The notes: generated by a model from the sequence alone, not told the origin. Positions 31,844 to 43,046 are shown, counted from the stretch's first letter. The stretch is 64,000 bases of DNA from an uncultured Planctomycetaceae bacterium (GCA_963833985.1 CAWIAD010000002.1:3808001-3872000); one strand, 5' to 3'. Translations and numbers: made by a program.

Positions 31844-33218
31844 GTGAGCCAGACAAGGATCGCCGGCATTTCCGGCCTGCGCGGTGTGGTTGGTCAGGGA
31901 CTTGACCCCGTGGTCACCGTCGAGTTCGCCGCGGCCTACGCCAGCCAGTGCCAGCCCGGCGCGGTGGTGCTGTCGCACGACGGCCGGATCTCCTCGCGGG
32001 TTTTCTTCCCGGCGATGCTGGCCGGCGTCGCCGCGACCGGACGGGACGCGCTGGTCGCCGGCGCGGTCTCCACGCCCACGGTCGGCCTCCTGGTCCGGGA
32101 CCGCAACGCGGTCGGCGGCATCCAGCTCTCGGCATCGCACAACCCTCCGCAGTACAACGGGCTGAAGTTCTTCCAGCCCAGGGGCATGGTGCTCAGCCCG
32201 CAAGAGGGGAAGACCGTGCTCGCGCTGGCAGAGCAAGGAGTTCGAGTGGGCAAGCTGGGACGCGCTGGGGCAGATTCGCACGCTGGAAGACCCCGAGGAG
32301 ATCCATCTCAGGCGCGTTCTCGAGATCGTCGACGTCCAGGCCATACGCCGCCGTGAGTTCGTGGTGGCCCTGGACGCTTGCCATGGCTCGGGTGGCAGGC
32401 TGGCTTGCCGGCTGCTGCGTGCGCTGGGGTGCAGGCCCATCGTGCTGGGAGGCGAGCCTGACGGGCATTACGACCATCTCCCCGAACCAACCGCGAAGAA
32501 CCTGCGTGCGTTCTCGGCCCTGGTTGCCGCCATGGGCGCCGTGGCCGGTTTCGCACAGGATCCGGATGCCGACCGGCTCGCCATCGTCGACGAGACGGGT
32601 CGATACATCGGCGAGGAGCTCACGCTTGGCCTCTCGGCCCTGCGCCGACTGCACCAGGTTCAAGGTCCGGTCGTGCTCAATCTCTCCACATCGAAGGTCA
32701 CGGAAGTGCTGGCCCGCGACCTGGGCTGCCCGGTCGTGCGTACACCGGTTGGCGAGATCAACGTGGTGGAGGCCATGCTCGGCGAGGAAGCCGTTCTGGG
32801 AGGCGAGGGGAACGGTGGAGTCATCGATCCCCGCGTGGGATTTGTGCGCGATAGTTTCGTGGCCATGGCACTGGTGCTCGATTTGCTGGCCAGTTCAGAG
32901 CAGCCGCTCTCGCAATGGGTCGACGGTTTGCCCCGGTTCGCCATGGTCAAGGACCAGTATCCGCTGTCATCGCAAAATGCTGGACCCGAGAAGACGTCAG
33001 CGCTCTGGGATCGGATCGCGCGGGCCTACCCGGAAGCCAGGTCGGACCGGCGTGATGGCCTGCATCTGGACTGGGACAGTCATTGGGTGCATGTGCGTGC
33101 GAGTAACACCGAACCAATCGTGCGGGTCATCGCCGAGGCGCCCGAGGCTGCGACCGCACGCCATCTGGCCGATGAGGTGGGTCAGTGGGTGAGCGGCGGC
33201 GGGACGACAGAGCGATGA
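31844..33218 (+). CDS. Phosphoglucosamine mutase / phosphomannomutase (frameshift near 32235)
   Basis: ISGLRG, SASHNP, DPDADR, GGEGNGG, VRASNTEPIVR. Confidence 0.88.
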
Positions 33219-33950
33219 GCGAGATCGAATGGCCGAGCTTTGACAAGCCCCCCTCGGTCGCCTTTGTGGATGTGGACGGCACACTGCTTGCCGAAACCAC
33301 CACCTTTCTGTTCGCGCATCCTCCTGCGCCGCGGTCTGATCCGTCGTTCGTTCCTGCTGCGAGCCCTGTACCACGGTCTACAGCATAAGCTAGGGCGCCT
33401 CGACTATGGGCGTCTGATCGCCTATGGATTGAAGAACATTTCACGCATTCCCGTGGTCGAGCTCGAGCGCATCGCATACGAGAACTTCACCGAGTACGTG
33501 CAGCCACGCCTCTATGATGGAGTGGTCGAGCATTTCAACGGGCTCCGGCGGCAAGGAACACCCATTGTGCTCGTCTCTTCATCGCCAGGACTCGTCATCG
33601 AACCGTTGAGTCTGTACCTGGGATGCTCGGCCACACTGACCACGCCTACCGTGATCGAACGGAACCGAATTGTTCGAATGGGTACCGGGCCGCCTTGCTA
33701 CGGTGAAGGAAAGCTTTATTACGCTCTCAACTGGGCTGCGGAGCACGGGCTATCCATGGCCGAGGCCGTGGGTTACGCCGATAACTGGAGTGACCGCGCC
33801 TTGCTCGAGCAGGTGGGACGCGCCGTGGTTGTCCACCCGAAAGGGAAGTTACTGCGCCTTGCCCGCAAGCGTGGATGGATGATTGTGCGGCCACGGCAAC
33901 CGGCTCGCCCACCGGGCCGGCATCGAGGGACCTCGAAGCGGCGAGTTTGA
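33215..33950 (+). CDS. HAD-IB family hydrolase (frameshift near 33313)
   Basis: FVDVDGTL, LVSSS, GEGK, GYADNWSD. Confidence 0.82.
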
Positions 33951-34025
33951 GGCTTTTCCTCAAGGTTTTTCAAGACAACCCCGCGCAAGCAGCCTGAGCG
34001 CTGTTGATTTTTGGCGAGGATTCGT

Positions 34026-34039
34026 TAGACAATTGTCTA
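34026..34039. promoter_or_regulatory. Perfect 14-bp palindrome, candidate operator
   Basis: TAGACAATTGTCTA in an AT-rich region about 60 bp upstream of the sigma-like gene. Confidence 0.55.
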
Positions 34040-34097
34040 TACAGCAATGAGGGACCTTGGTGTAATTTCGACGCTCCAAACCAGCCCACCGATCACA

Positions 34098-34829
34098 ATG
34101 AAGGATGAGACTCCGATTCTGACGGAAAAGGAATTCGACCAGCGGGACGACAACCGTACCGCACCCGAGGCGACCGTGGCTCAACCCGCGGCACTCCCCG
34201 TTTCTCGGGCCCGTCGGGCTGGACCTGCGGCGATGGCCCTGGTTATCGGCCTGGCCGCGCTCACCGCGCAAGCCTCCGAATCCGATCTGGTCCGCGACAT
34301 CCAGCGGTACTGTACCGTCTGCTGGCGCAATGCGCGGCTGGACCCGATGCTATGGGATGATTGCACGCAGGAAGTCTGCTGCCGCCTGCTTTCGAAGGCG
34401 CGGGCCGGTGAGCTCGAGCTGGCCCAGGTTCTGGCGGATGACACTCCCGAGCGCCGTGAACTGGTTCGGGCCATCGATATGGTTCGCAAGCGTGTCCAGC
34501 GGGCCAGGAGACACCAGGCCATTGACCCGGCCTGCGTGACAAGCGTCGACCACGACGCCCGCCACCGCGAGCGCCTGGAGCTCGGTGAAATCCTCGAGGC
34601 GGCCCGCAGCGCCGTGCTGTCGCCGCGCCAGGACCGTATCGTCGAACTCTGGATGCGCGGTTGGGCCGTGCCTGAAATCGGGGCCGAGCTGGGCATGCCG
34701 GTGAACCGCGTCAGCGATGAGAAGTACAAGGCCCTCAGAAAGCTTGAGCACCACCTTCGGAATTCCGGCGAGGAGCTGGGCCTGAACCCCGCGGCCGCAC
34801 CCGCTGCGCCAGCCGCCGAGACGGCCTGA
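34098..34829 (+). CDS. Divergent sigma-70/ECF-like protein with N-terminal hydrophobic segment
   Basis: WDDCTQEV (region 2-like); LSPRQ...EIGAELG...VSDEKYKALRKL (region 4 HTH). Confidence 0.7.
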   Translation: MKDETPILTEKEFDQRDDNRTAPEATVAQPAALPVSRARRAGPAAMALVIGLAALTAQASESDLVRDIQRYCTVCWRNARLDPMLWDDCTQEVCCRLLSKARAGELELAQVLADDTPERRELVRAIDMVRKRVQRARRHQAIDPACVTSVDHDARHRERLELGEILEAARSAVLSPRQDRIVELWMRGWAVPEIGAELGMPVNRVSDEKYKALRKLEHHLRNSGEELGLNPAAAPAAPAAETA

Positions 34830-34921
34830 TGGGCCACTACGGATCTCCCGCGCGTTCCGACGGGCGGAGCGGTTCACCCGCCCCGAACCGGCATGGAACG
34901 GGATCGGCATGTCCGCTCAGC

Positions 34922-35386
34922 TCAACCCTTGGACTGAAGGGCTGATAGGATCGCGCTGGAGTGGCCCTCCACCTTGACCTTGGGAAACACCTGGCGGACC
35001 ACTCCCTCGGCATCGATGAGGAACGTCGTGCGCTCGACTCCCATGTACTTCTTGCCGTACATGCTTTTCTCTTTCCAGACGCCGAACGCCTCGCAGACCT
35101 TCTTCTCGGTGTCGGCAAGCAGAGTGAAGGGGAGCTCGTACTTGCAGGCGAACCGGTCATGCGAACCGATGTCGTCGGGACTGACGCCAATCACCTTGAC
35201 ACCGGCTTTCTCGTAGTCGGCGAAGGCGTCGCGAAAGGCACAGGCCTCCTTCGTGCAGCCCGAGGTGTCATCCTTGGGGTAGAAGTACAGGACGATCGGC
35301 GAGCCCTTCAGCCCGGAGAGAGTGACCTTGTTCCCCTTCTGGTCGGGCAAGGTGAAATCAGGGGCGGGTTTGCCAGTTTCCACCAT
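34922..35386 (-). CDS. bcp: Thioredoxin-dependent peroxiredoxin Bcp
   Basis: APDFTL, YFYPKDDTSGCTKEAC, ERTTFLID. Confidence 0.93.
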   Translation of the reverse strand: MVETGKPAPDFTLPDQKGNKVTLSGLKGSPIVLYFYPKDDTSGCTKEACAFRDAFADYEKAGVKVIGVSPDDIGSHDRFACKYELPFTLLADTEKKVCEAFGVWKEKSMYGKKYMGVERTTFLIDAEGVVRQVFPKVKVEGHSSAILSALQSKG

Positions 35387-35627
35387 GAGCACAGCTCCTT
35401 GATCGACTTTGGTTACGAGCGAGATTCCACAGTCTGGTCGGGTCTCACGCGGCCCGGCCCTGACGGACATCCGGGCGCGTTGCGTCCCGCAGCCGGCAAG
35501 ATGACCTTGTTCTAGACGGAACGGCCATCTCCGGAAAGATCAGGACTGGGAACATCCCCCGAACCGCGCCGGCCAGCAGGCGGCCGCGGCAGTCATCAGC
35601 CCGGAGCCCTGAACAGCAAGGTACAAC

Positions 35628-36050
35628 ATGGGACGCTTCACCACCTTTGATCACACCGCCGACCTCGGCCTGCGCATCGAGGCCCTCGAGCTGGACGACC
35701 TCTTCCGGACTGCGGCCGAGGGGCTTTTCAGCGTCATCGTGACCCATCCCGATCACATTCAGCCCGTGCATGTTGAGGAATTCCAGCTCCGCGCGGAGTC
35801 GGTGCAGGAGTTGCTGGCGGACTGGCTGAACGAGCTCATCTTTCGCTGCGAAACCATGCACCTCGTGTTCAGCCAGTTCGAACTCCACGTCGATCATGCC
35901 GGAGCTTCGTTGCAGGGCTGGGCCCGCGGCGAGGCACTCGACCCGGAACGCCACGGACTGGACCACGAAGTCAAGGCGGCCACGCACCACGGTCTCTGCC
36001 TGGTTCATGAGGAAGGCGGCTGGATTGCAGAGGTGATACTCGACATCTAA
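35628..36050 (+). CDS. Archease
   Basis: DHTADLG, WLNELIF, EVKAATHH, terminal LDI. Confidence 0.9.
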   Translation: MGRFTTFDHTADLGLRIEALELDDLFRTAAEGLFSVIVTHPDHIQPVHVEEFQLRAESVQELLADWLNELIFRCETMHLVFSQFELHVDHAGASLQGWARGEALDPERHGLDHEVKAATHHGLCLVHEEGGWIAEVILDI

Positions 36051-36084
36051 ATAGCTCTCCGTAAAAGGGAAAGTATGGACGGCG

Positions 36085-36114
36085 GCCCTCGGCTGTCCCG
36101 AGCCAGCCGAGGGC
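36085..36114. repeat. REP-like hairpin
   Basis: GCCCTCGGCTG / CAGCCGAGGGC, perfect 11-bp inverted repeat. Confidence 0.6.
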
Positions 36115-36147
36115 GGCTGGCCCACATTCCAGGAGGCGAGGCTCTAT

Positions 36148-36295
36148 CTAGAGCGGTTTTCACTCGGATCGCAGACTGAGACCGGGGGGCAGGCATTCCT
36201 GCCTGCCGGAGCAGGACTGTCGTGGCAAAGAGGAATGTCTGCCCCCCTTTCCGAAACTCAGAAACTGCCTGCAACGCGTCAGAAAACCGCTCTAG
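36148..36295. mobile_element. MITE-like palindromic element with nested REP-like inverted repeat
   Basis: Perfect 14-bp terminal IR CTAGAGCGGTTTTC / GAAAACCGCTCTAG; inner IR GGGGGGCAGGCATTCCT / AGGAATGTCTGCCCCCC (16/17). Confidence 0.65.
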
Positions 36296-37314
36296 GCGGT
36301 GAAGCGCCGCGCGGCCCCACCCTCTTCGAGTCGCTGCACCGGCAGCTCGTGCCTGCGGAGGAACTCCTCCGCCTCGGCGCGATTGAAGACGCCGGCAGTG
36401 GTACCCACGGCACGCACGCAGCTTGCCCCCACGGCACTGGCGAGCTTCAGACAATCCAGCTCCGATCGTCCTTCCAGCAATCCCACGATGTAACCCGCAT
36501 TGAACGCATCGCCGCCGCCCGATCCATCGACGAGATCCACCGGATAGGCCGGCATCGCCAGGGTCTGTTCGTCCGAGATCGATACAAGCCCACGTTCGCC
36601 CCGCGTGATGACCACCCTGCGCGCGCCCATCTCGTGAAATGTGCGCGCCTGCTCCATCGGGTCGTCCACGCCCAGGATGAGGGCGGCCTCGTCGCTGTTG
36701 GGCACGAAGATGTCGGTCTGGGGCAGGATGACGCGGAGGGGTTCGAGATAATCACCGGGCCCAGGTGTGGCCACGTCCAGTAGCGTGATCGTTCCCTGCT
36801 GCCTGGCACGTGCGAAACGCTCGGCCAGTCCCGTGGCTTCGAGTTCGGGGAGAATCAGAAAATAGCCGATATGCAGCACACGGGGCGGAGGATCAAGCAC
36901 CGGATCGATGTCCTCAGGAGTGAATGCAAGATTCGCTCCCACGGAATGGATGAACCGTCGATCCTCACCACGCACGTTGACGATCAACGTCTGGCTGGTG
37001 GCCCGCCGAGGATCAACGCGCACCGCGGCCACGTCAATCCCGTGAGAGACCAGGGTCTCGGTGGCGAACCGGCCCAGGATGTCGTCTCCCACGCGCGCAC
37101 AGACAGAGACGGCAATCCCCAGCCGGGCCAGGTCCACGGCCGTGTTGGCGGCGCCGCCGCCGATGTTCAGGACGAGCTGGTCCACGGGCAGAAGTTCTCC
37201 CGCACGCGGCAGCCGGGGTATCGGGGGTGTGAGGTGATCGACGACCACCATGCCCGCGCAGACGACCGCGGCCTTGGGCGTGACGGCGCCAGCGGCGATC
37301 TGGGTTTTGAACAT
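36292..37314 (-). CDS. PfkB family carbohydrate kinase
   Basis: GGGAANTA, PNSDEA, ITRGERG, DGSGGGDAFNAG. Confidence 0.9.
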   Translation of the reverse strand: MFKTQIAAGAVTPKAAVVCAGMVVVDHLTPPIPRLPRAGELLPVDQLVLNIGGGAANTAVDLARLGIAVSVCARVGDDILGRFATETLVSHGIDVAAVRVDPRRATSQTLIVNVRGEDRRFIHSVGANLAFTPEDIDPVLDPPPRVLHIGYFLILPELEATGLAERFARARQQGTITLLDVATPGPGDYLEPLRVILPQTDIFVPNSDEAALILGVDDPMEQARTFHEMGARRVVITRGERGLVSISDEQTLAMPAYPVDLVDGSGGGDAFNAGYIVGLLEGRSELDCLKLASAVGASCVRAVGTTAGVFNRAEAEEFLRRHELPVQRLEEGGAARRFTA

Positions 37315-37391
37315 GGGCACGACCGGTTGCACAGAAAAGGACGTTCAAGGCAACCCAAACGCACGCAGGGCGACAGGTCCGGAAAAGCCGG

Positions 37392-39389
37392 TCACGACGG
37401 CTTGTCGACCGAGGCGATGAGGGGGTCTTCGTGTGCCCGGGAAACGGGATCCTGGCCGTTGCGGCTCTCGCGCTTGCCGATCAGGGCGGCGATCTCCGGC
37501 TCGGTCAACACCTCACGCTCGATGAGCGATTCGGTGAGCCGTTCCATTTCATCACGGTGCTCGTCGAGCAGCCGGTACGCGTGTTCGTCAGCCTCGCGCA
37601 GGATGCGGGCGACTTCTTCGTCGATGATCTGCTGCATGTATTCGGAGTGATCGCGGGGTTCGGACATCTCGCGGCCGAGGAACGGGTGCTCGGACATGGA
37701 CTTGAACGAGACCGGCCCGACGCGCTCGCTCATTCCCCACTGTGCCACCATCTTCCGGACCAGCCGGGTGGCTTGCTCCAGGTCCTGGGCGGCCCCGGTG
37801 CTGAGGTCGTCATAGATCAGGCGCTCGGCCGCACGCCCTCCCATGAGCGTGTAGAGCTTGGCCTTGATCTGGCTCTCATTGTGGCTGACCCGGTCTTCCT
37901 CGGGCATGAACTGGGTCACGCCCAGCGCACGGCCACGGGGAATGATGGTCACCTTGTGCACGGGATCGGACTGGGGCGTGAGCCAGCCGACCAGCGCATG
38001 GCCGACTTCGTGGTAGGCCGTGGCCCGCTTGTCCTTCTCGGTGATGACTTCCTCGCGCTTGGCCCCCAGGATCACCTTGTCCAGTGCCGCGTCAAGATCG
38101 GCGGCATCCACGGCTTGCTTGTCCTCCCGGGTGGCCAGGAGCGCGGCCTCGTTGACCAGGTTCGCCAGGTCCGCTCCGCTCATGCCCACAGTGCTCCGCG
38201 CGATCTTGTCCAGGTCCACGTCCGAGGCCAGCGGGACGTTCCGCGTATGAACCTTGAGGATCTCCAGCCGGCCCTTCTTGGTCGGCAGGTCCACCGTGAC
38301 ATGACGATCAAACCGCCCTGGCCGCAGCAGCGCGGGATCGAGCACGTCGGGCCGGTTGGTCGCGGCCAGAACGATCACACTCTCGCTCGGCGAGAAGCCG
38401 TCCATCTCCGTGAGAATCTGGTTCAGCGTCTGCTCACGCTCGTCGTGGCCTCCGCCCAGCCCCGCCCCTCGGATCCGGCCGACGGCATCAATCTCGTCAA
38501 TGAACAGGATGCAGGGGCTGTTTTCCTTGGCGGTCTTGAACATGTCGCGGACGCGGCTGGCACCCACGCCCACGAACATCTGGATGAATTCCGACCCCGA
38601 AATGGAATAGAAGGGAACGCCGGCCTCTCCGGCAACGGCCCGTCCCAGCAGCGTCTTGCCTGTTCCCGGGGGTCCAACCAGGAGCACTCCCTTGGGGATG
38701 CGGCCTCCCAGCCTCTGAAACTTCTCGGGATTCTTCAGGAACTCGACAATCTCGTGCAGCTCACCCTTGGCGTTCTCGAGCCCCGCCACCTCCTCGAACG
38801 TCGTCCGCTGCTTCGATTTGTCGTGCCGCTTCGCCGGGCTCTTCACGAAGCTGCCGAGAATCCCGCCGTCGAACTGATCGCGCGCACGCCTCATCATGAG
38901 GTAGATGAAGCCGAGGAAGAGGATGGTCGGCAGGAGCAGCATCAACCACACCAGCCCGTTGGCCGAGTTCGCAGGGTTGGTCTCGATGCGCACCGGATCG
39001 TTCGACTTGCTGGAATTCTCGCGGAGCCGCTTCAGAACCGGGTCGATCGATGCATCGGATGGGAAATATGTGATGAACTTGTGCACATTCACGCTGTTCG
39101 GCGATGTGCTGCTCTGGTAAGGCCTGTCCTGCCGCAATTCCCCGCGGACCTCGTTCGCCTGCAACGATAGCTTCTTGATGTTGTCGGCCTCGACCTGGTC
39201 AAGAAACCATGGATTGTAATCGACGGCCGTCTCGGGTTTGGGCATGAACAGGTAGAAGATGATCGCGAACCCGCCGATCAGGAGCAGCCAGAGCCAGGGG
39301 GGTGTGGGCGATCCGCCCGAACCGTTGGGCTTGCGTGCTCCCGGGGTGGGCCGGCGCGGCAGATCCGATTGCGGCGGTCGATTCTCCAT
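37392..39389 (-). CDS. ftsH: ATP-dependent zinc metalloprotease FtsH
   Basis: Two TM helices, [40 protein letters not shown]. Confidence 0.97.
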   Translation of the reverse strand: MENRPPQSDLPRRPTPGARKPNGSGGSPTPPWLWLLLIGGFAIIFYLFMPKPETAVDYNPWFLDQVEADNIKKLSLQANEVRGELRQDRPYQSSTSPNSVNVHKFITYFPSDASIDPVLKRLRENSSKSNDPVRIETNPANSANGLVWLMLLLPTILFLGFIYLMMRRARDQFDGGILGSFVKSPAKRHDKSKQRTTFEEVAGLENAKGELHEIVEFLKNPEKFQRLGGRIPKGVLLVGPPGTGKTLLGRAVAGEAGVPFYSISGSEFIQMFVGVGASRVRDMFKTAKENSPCILFIDEIDAVGRIRGAGLGGGHDEREQTLNQILTEMDGFSPSESVIVLAATNRPDVLDPALLRPGRFDRHVTVDLPTKKGRLEILKVHTRNVPLASDVDLDKIARSTVGMSGADLANLVNEAALLATREDKQAVDAADLDAALDKVILGAKREEVITEKDKRATAYHEVGHALVGWLTPQSDPVHKVTIIPRGRALGVTQFMPEEDRVSHNESQIKAKLYTLMGGRAAERLIYDDLSTGAAQDLEQATRLVRKMVAQWGMSERVGPVSFKSMSEHPFLGREMSEPRDHSEYMQQIIDEEVARILREADEHAYRLLDEHRDEMERLTESLIEREVLTEPEIAALIGKRESRNGQDPVSRAHEDPLIASVDKPS

Positions 39390-39622
39390 ACGTTCTTACT
39401 CAATTCCCGACGGCAGTTGGGTTTGTCTCGGTCTCTTCGGAAACGCCGGCGCGGCTTGACCGCTCGTCGCACGACGTCAACCGCACTAGAATTGTAGCGA
39501 AGATTCGCCAAAAGTTCAGGGGGGTAAAACATGAACCGGGCATGGCCGCGGAGCACTGCCAGAATGTGTGCATGTAGGGCCGCCACTCAGAATGCGCAGT
39601 CAGGCGCTGCGAGGGCGCGCGC

Positions 39623-41170
39623 GTGAAACCCGGACCACTCGCCCTGAGATCCCTTCTCGAGGGCTGCGGAATCTCGATCACCGCGTCCCAGCTTGACCAG
39701 CTCTGGGCCTACCACCGGCTGCTCCGCGCGGCGAACGCGCGGCTTAACCTCACGCGCATCCACAACTTCGAGAACATGGTCCTGAAGCACTATGTCGACA
39801 GCCTGCTGGTGCTCAGGTTCATCGAGCTCCCCTCGCCTCTGGTCGATCTGGGTTCCGGCCCGGGGCTTCCCGGCATTCCCCTGGCGATCGCACGGCCCCA
39901 GACCAGCATCATCCTGGCCGAACCGCGAGGCGTGCGTGCCGACTTCTTGCGTGAAGTGTGTGCTGAGTTGGCCCTCGGGCACGTCGAAGTCCACGCGCAC
40001 AAGGTGGCGGCGGACTTTCCCCGCAAGGTGCAGGGAGTGATCAGCCGCGCCGTGGGGTCGATCGTCCAGACGCTTGAACGCGTGGCCGCGTGCCTCGAGA
40101 CCGGCGGGCGGATGATCTTCATGAAGGGACCCGACTGCGACTCCGAGATCGCCCAGGCCGGGACTGGTACGGCGCGCCTGTTCCGACTCACCGAGGATCA
40201 TCGGTACGCGATTCCCGGCACGCCGCACCAGCGCAGACTGGTTGTGTACGAGCGGCTCGACGCTGAAGCCACGCCCGGCACAAGCGTCGCTGCCTCGGAT
40301 CCTCGCAGCCACCGGGCATTCCGGGACATCAGCAGCGAGTCCAACCCCGGTTTCCGCCTGCTGCGCGACCTGCTCAACGGACAGGGTGTCCGCAAGCACA
40401 GGCAAGCCCTGATTGCGGGCCCGCGGATCGTCGCCGAGGTTCGAGACAGGCACCCCGAGCGGGTCCTCGCGTGGATCAGCGACGATCGCCGGGAGCCGCC
40501 CGATGACGGGATCGAGTGGTATCGTCTCGGCCGGCCGTTGTTCCAGCAGCTTGACGTCTCCGGAACCAATATGCCTCTGCTGCTGGTGACCGCCCCGGCG
40601 CTGCCAAGCTGGTCCGATGACGAGCCGTGGCCGGAGGGATGTACCCTGTTCATCCCATTTCAGGACCCCGAGAACGTGGGTGCCGTGATCCGCTCGGCCG
40701 CCGCATTCGGCGTCGCGCGGCTGGTCCTGATGAAGGAGGCCGCGCACCCGTTCCATTTCCGCGCCAGCCGGGCGGCGGGCCCCGCACTCTTCCAGGTCCC
40801 GCTCCTCGAAGGGCCCTCGATCCACGAGCTGGAGGTCCGGCAGGTGCCGCTCATCGCGCTCGATCGCGAGGGCCGCGACATCAACGAGACTCCCTTCCCG
40901 GCGACGTTCGCCCTGCTGGTGGGCGTCGAGGGCCCGGGACTCCCCGCGCACCTCCGCCTGGGCGAGAAGCGGCGGATTCCCATCGCACCAGAGGTCGAAT
41001 CCCTGAACGCGGCCACCGCTGCCGCCATCGCACTCTACGCCTGGTCGCTCCCTTCGCCGACATCCCCTGGAGATCCTGCGGATCCCGCAAACCCGGCAGG
41101 AACCAACCGTCCGCCGGCCCCGGAAGGACGAAAAGGACCTGGGGCAGGGGCCACGGTGTCGAATGGATAG
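39623..41170 (+). CDS. rsmG: RsmG (GidB) 16S rRNA m7G methyltransferase fused to a TrmH/SpoU SPOUT methyltransferase
   Basis: N-half NLTRI, HYVDSL, DLGSGPGLPGI, SRA; C-half QDPENVGAVIRSA, GVEGPG, ESLNAA. Confidence 0.88.
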   Translation: MKPGPLALRSLLEGCGISITASQLDQLWAYHRLLRAANARLNLTRIHNFENMVLKHYVDSLLVLRFIELPSPLVDLGSGPGLPGIPLAIARPQTSIILAEPRGVRADFLREVCAELALGHVEVHAHKVAADFPRKVQGVISRAVGSIVQTLERVAACLETGGRMIFMKGPDCDSEIAQAGTGTARLFRLTEDHRYAIPGTPHQRRLVVYERLDAEATPGTSVAASDPRSHRAFRDISSESNPGFRLLRDLLNGQGVRKHRQALIAGPRIVAEVRDRHPERVLAWISDDRREPPDDGIEWYRLGRPLFQQLDVSGTNMPLLLVTAPALPSWSDDEPWPEGCTLFIPFQDPENVGAVIRSAAAFGVARLVLMKEAAHPFHFRASRAAGPALFQVPLLEGPSIHELEVRQVPLIALDREGRDINETPFPATFALLVGVEGPGLPAHLRLGEKRRIPIAPEVESLNAATAAAIALYAWSLPSPTSPGDPADPANPAGTNRPPAPEGRKGPGAGATVSNG

Positions 41171-41247
41171 GAAGCAGGAGATCGGGCACGCGGGCCGAGA
41201 GCCGCCGGCCTCACCTTGCGCTGCCGTTTGAGACCAGGGAGGGTCGC

Positions 41248-42876
41248 ATGGGACGTCTGTTCCGGGTGATCGTGCGCACGCTGGCGGTCGCAGTCCCGCT
41301 CGTGCTGGCTCCCGGTGCGGCACGCGGCCAGGGAGGCATTGTCACCCTGGCCGACGACATCATCGTGATCTCGTCGGGAGAGCGGTCGAAGACGCGAGCC
41401 CGCGACGCGACCCAGCTCGGCCCGATCCATGGTGCCGGCGAGAAGCGGTTCCCGCGGGTCGCTGGCGCGGACGACCCGCGCCTGGGGAATCAGCTCCCCC
41501 AGCATCAGCCGCTCGACACGCTGCAAGCCGCCTCACGGTCCATTGTGACCGGTGCACCACGCGACCGCGGCTCGCCCATCCGCCCGCCCGCGGCACCGGC
41601 ACTGCCACGCGCCCCAGCGCCTCTCTACGGGCCGATCATGCGCGCCGCCGAGGACGAGGGGCCGCCCGATGGCTTGACCCTGGAACAGGCCCTCGTGCAG
41701 ATGGTTCGGGCCAATCCCGACCTTGCCGTCAAGTTCCAGGAGATCCCCAAGGCCGAGGCCGACATCCTGACCGCCTCGCTCTGGGGCAACCCGCTGATCT
41801 TCGCCGCGGCCGATACCCTTCCCTACGGCAGTTACTCGCCCGAGCGTCCGGGAACCAATTCGTACGGCATCACGCTCGTCCAGCCCTTCGACCTGAACGG
41901 CAAGATCCGGGCGCGCACCCGCCTTGCCCGTGCAAACCGGCAGGTCCTCTGCGCCCAGTACCAGGATGCCGTTCGCCTGGAAGCCGAGAACCTGCACGCC
42001 GCCTTCGTGGACGTGCTCGCGGCCAGAACCACCGTCCGTTATCTGGAGACAAGCGTCGCGAACTTCGAGTCCCTGCTGAAGACTAACCAGGAACTGTTCC
42101 AGCGAGGCGACCTGTTCCATTCCGACATCGACTCGGCCCTGATCCAGCGCGAGATGACTGCCAACGCCAGGGACGAGGCCGTCACTCGGCTGCGGCAAGC
42201 CAGGCGCGCTCTCGCGCTGCTGCTGGGAATCCCGGCCAGCCAGGCCGACGCGATCGAGCCGAGGGGCCGGGTGACGGATCGCCCCGCGGCCGTCCCCACC
42301 ACCGACCAACTCGTCGGGCTGGCGCTTGCCAACCGGCCGGACCTCGCCGCCGTCCGGCTCGGGGTCCGTTCGGCCCTGGCCAACGCCGAGGTCCAGCGCC
42401 GGGAGGGCTTCCCGGACGTCTTCGCCCTGTACACTCCCTATAACATCAACTCGAACAACGGAAACCCCAACACCCAGGCCGCCACGTCCTGGGCGGCAGG
42501 AGTCTTCGCCACGATTCCTCTTGCCAACCGCAACCAGGGGAACGTTCGCCGGGCGAATCGAAACGTGATGCAGACTCAGATGGAAGTCACCGCCCGCGAA
42601 CGCCAGGTCGCGGCCGAGGTCGAAATCGCCGCCATGGAGTTTGCGGGAGCACACACCGCGGTCGAGCGGTTCCAGGTGACGATTCTCCCCCGGGCCGGGC
42701 ACCGGCTGAACGACTACCACGCCCGCTACACCGAGGGCAATGTGTCACTCGACACCTACCTGAACATCCAGCGCGACTTCAACGACGTCCTGCGCCAGTA
42801 CCGCGACGCGCTGGTCCGCCGCCGCCGTGCCATGCTCGCCATCAACACGGCCGTCGGCTTGCGGCTCCTGCCCTGA
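41248..42876 (+). CDS. TolC/CzcC-like outer membrane efflux protein
   Basis: Signal peptide; GLTLEQAL...ANPDL, ALANRPDL, IPLANRNQG. Confidence 0.85.
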   Translation: MGRLFRVIVRTLAVAVPLVLAPGAARGQGGIVTLADDIIVISSGERSKTRARDATQLGPIHGAGEKRFPRVAGADDPRLGNQLPQHQPLDTLQAASRSIVTGAPRDRGSPIRPPAAPALPRAPAPLYGPIMRAAEDEGPPDGLTLEQALVQMVRANPDLAVKFQEIPKAEADILTASLWGNPLIFAAADTLPYGSYSPERPGTNSYGITLVQPFDLNGKIRARTRLARANRQVLCAQYQDAVRLEAENLHAAFVDVLAARTTVRYLETSVANFESLLKTNQELFQRGDLFHSDIDSALIQREMTANARDEAVTRLRQARRALALLLGIPASQADAIEPRGRVTDRPAAVPTTDQLVGLALANRPDLAAVRLGVRSALANAEVQRREGFPDVFALYTPYNINSNNGNPNTQAATSWAAGVFATIPLANRNQGNVRRANRNVMQTQMEVTARERQVAAEVEIAAMEFAGAHTAVERFQVTILPRAGHRLNDYHARYTEGNVSLDTYLNIQRDFNDVLRQYRDALVRRRRAMLAINTAVGLRLLP

Positions 42877-43046
42877 TGCAGTAGACGCTCGGAGAGTCGC
42901 AGCGTCCTTCCGCCTCGCTCAATCTCTCCTTTGGATGGCGGAGCGCCCGAAGTCGACGCCGCCCAGTTCCTCCCCGGCCGCAGATGAACGCTGGTCGGAC
43001 TGGCGCCAAGGGTTGGGAGCTGCGCCCGTGCAAACCACGCGCTGGC

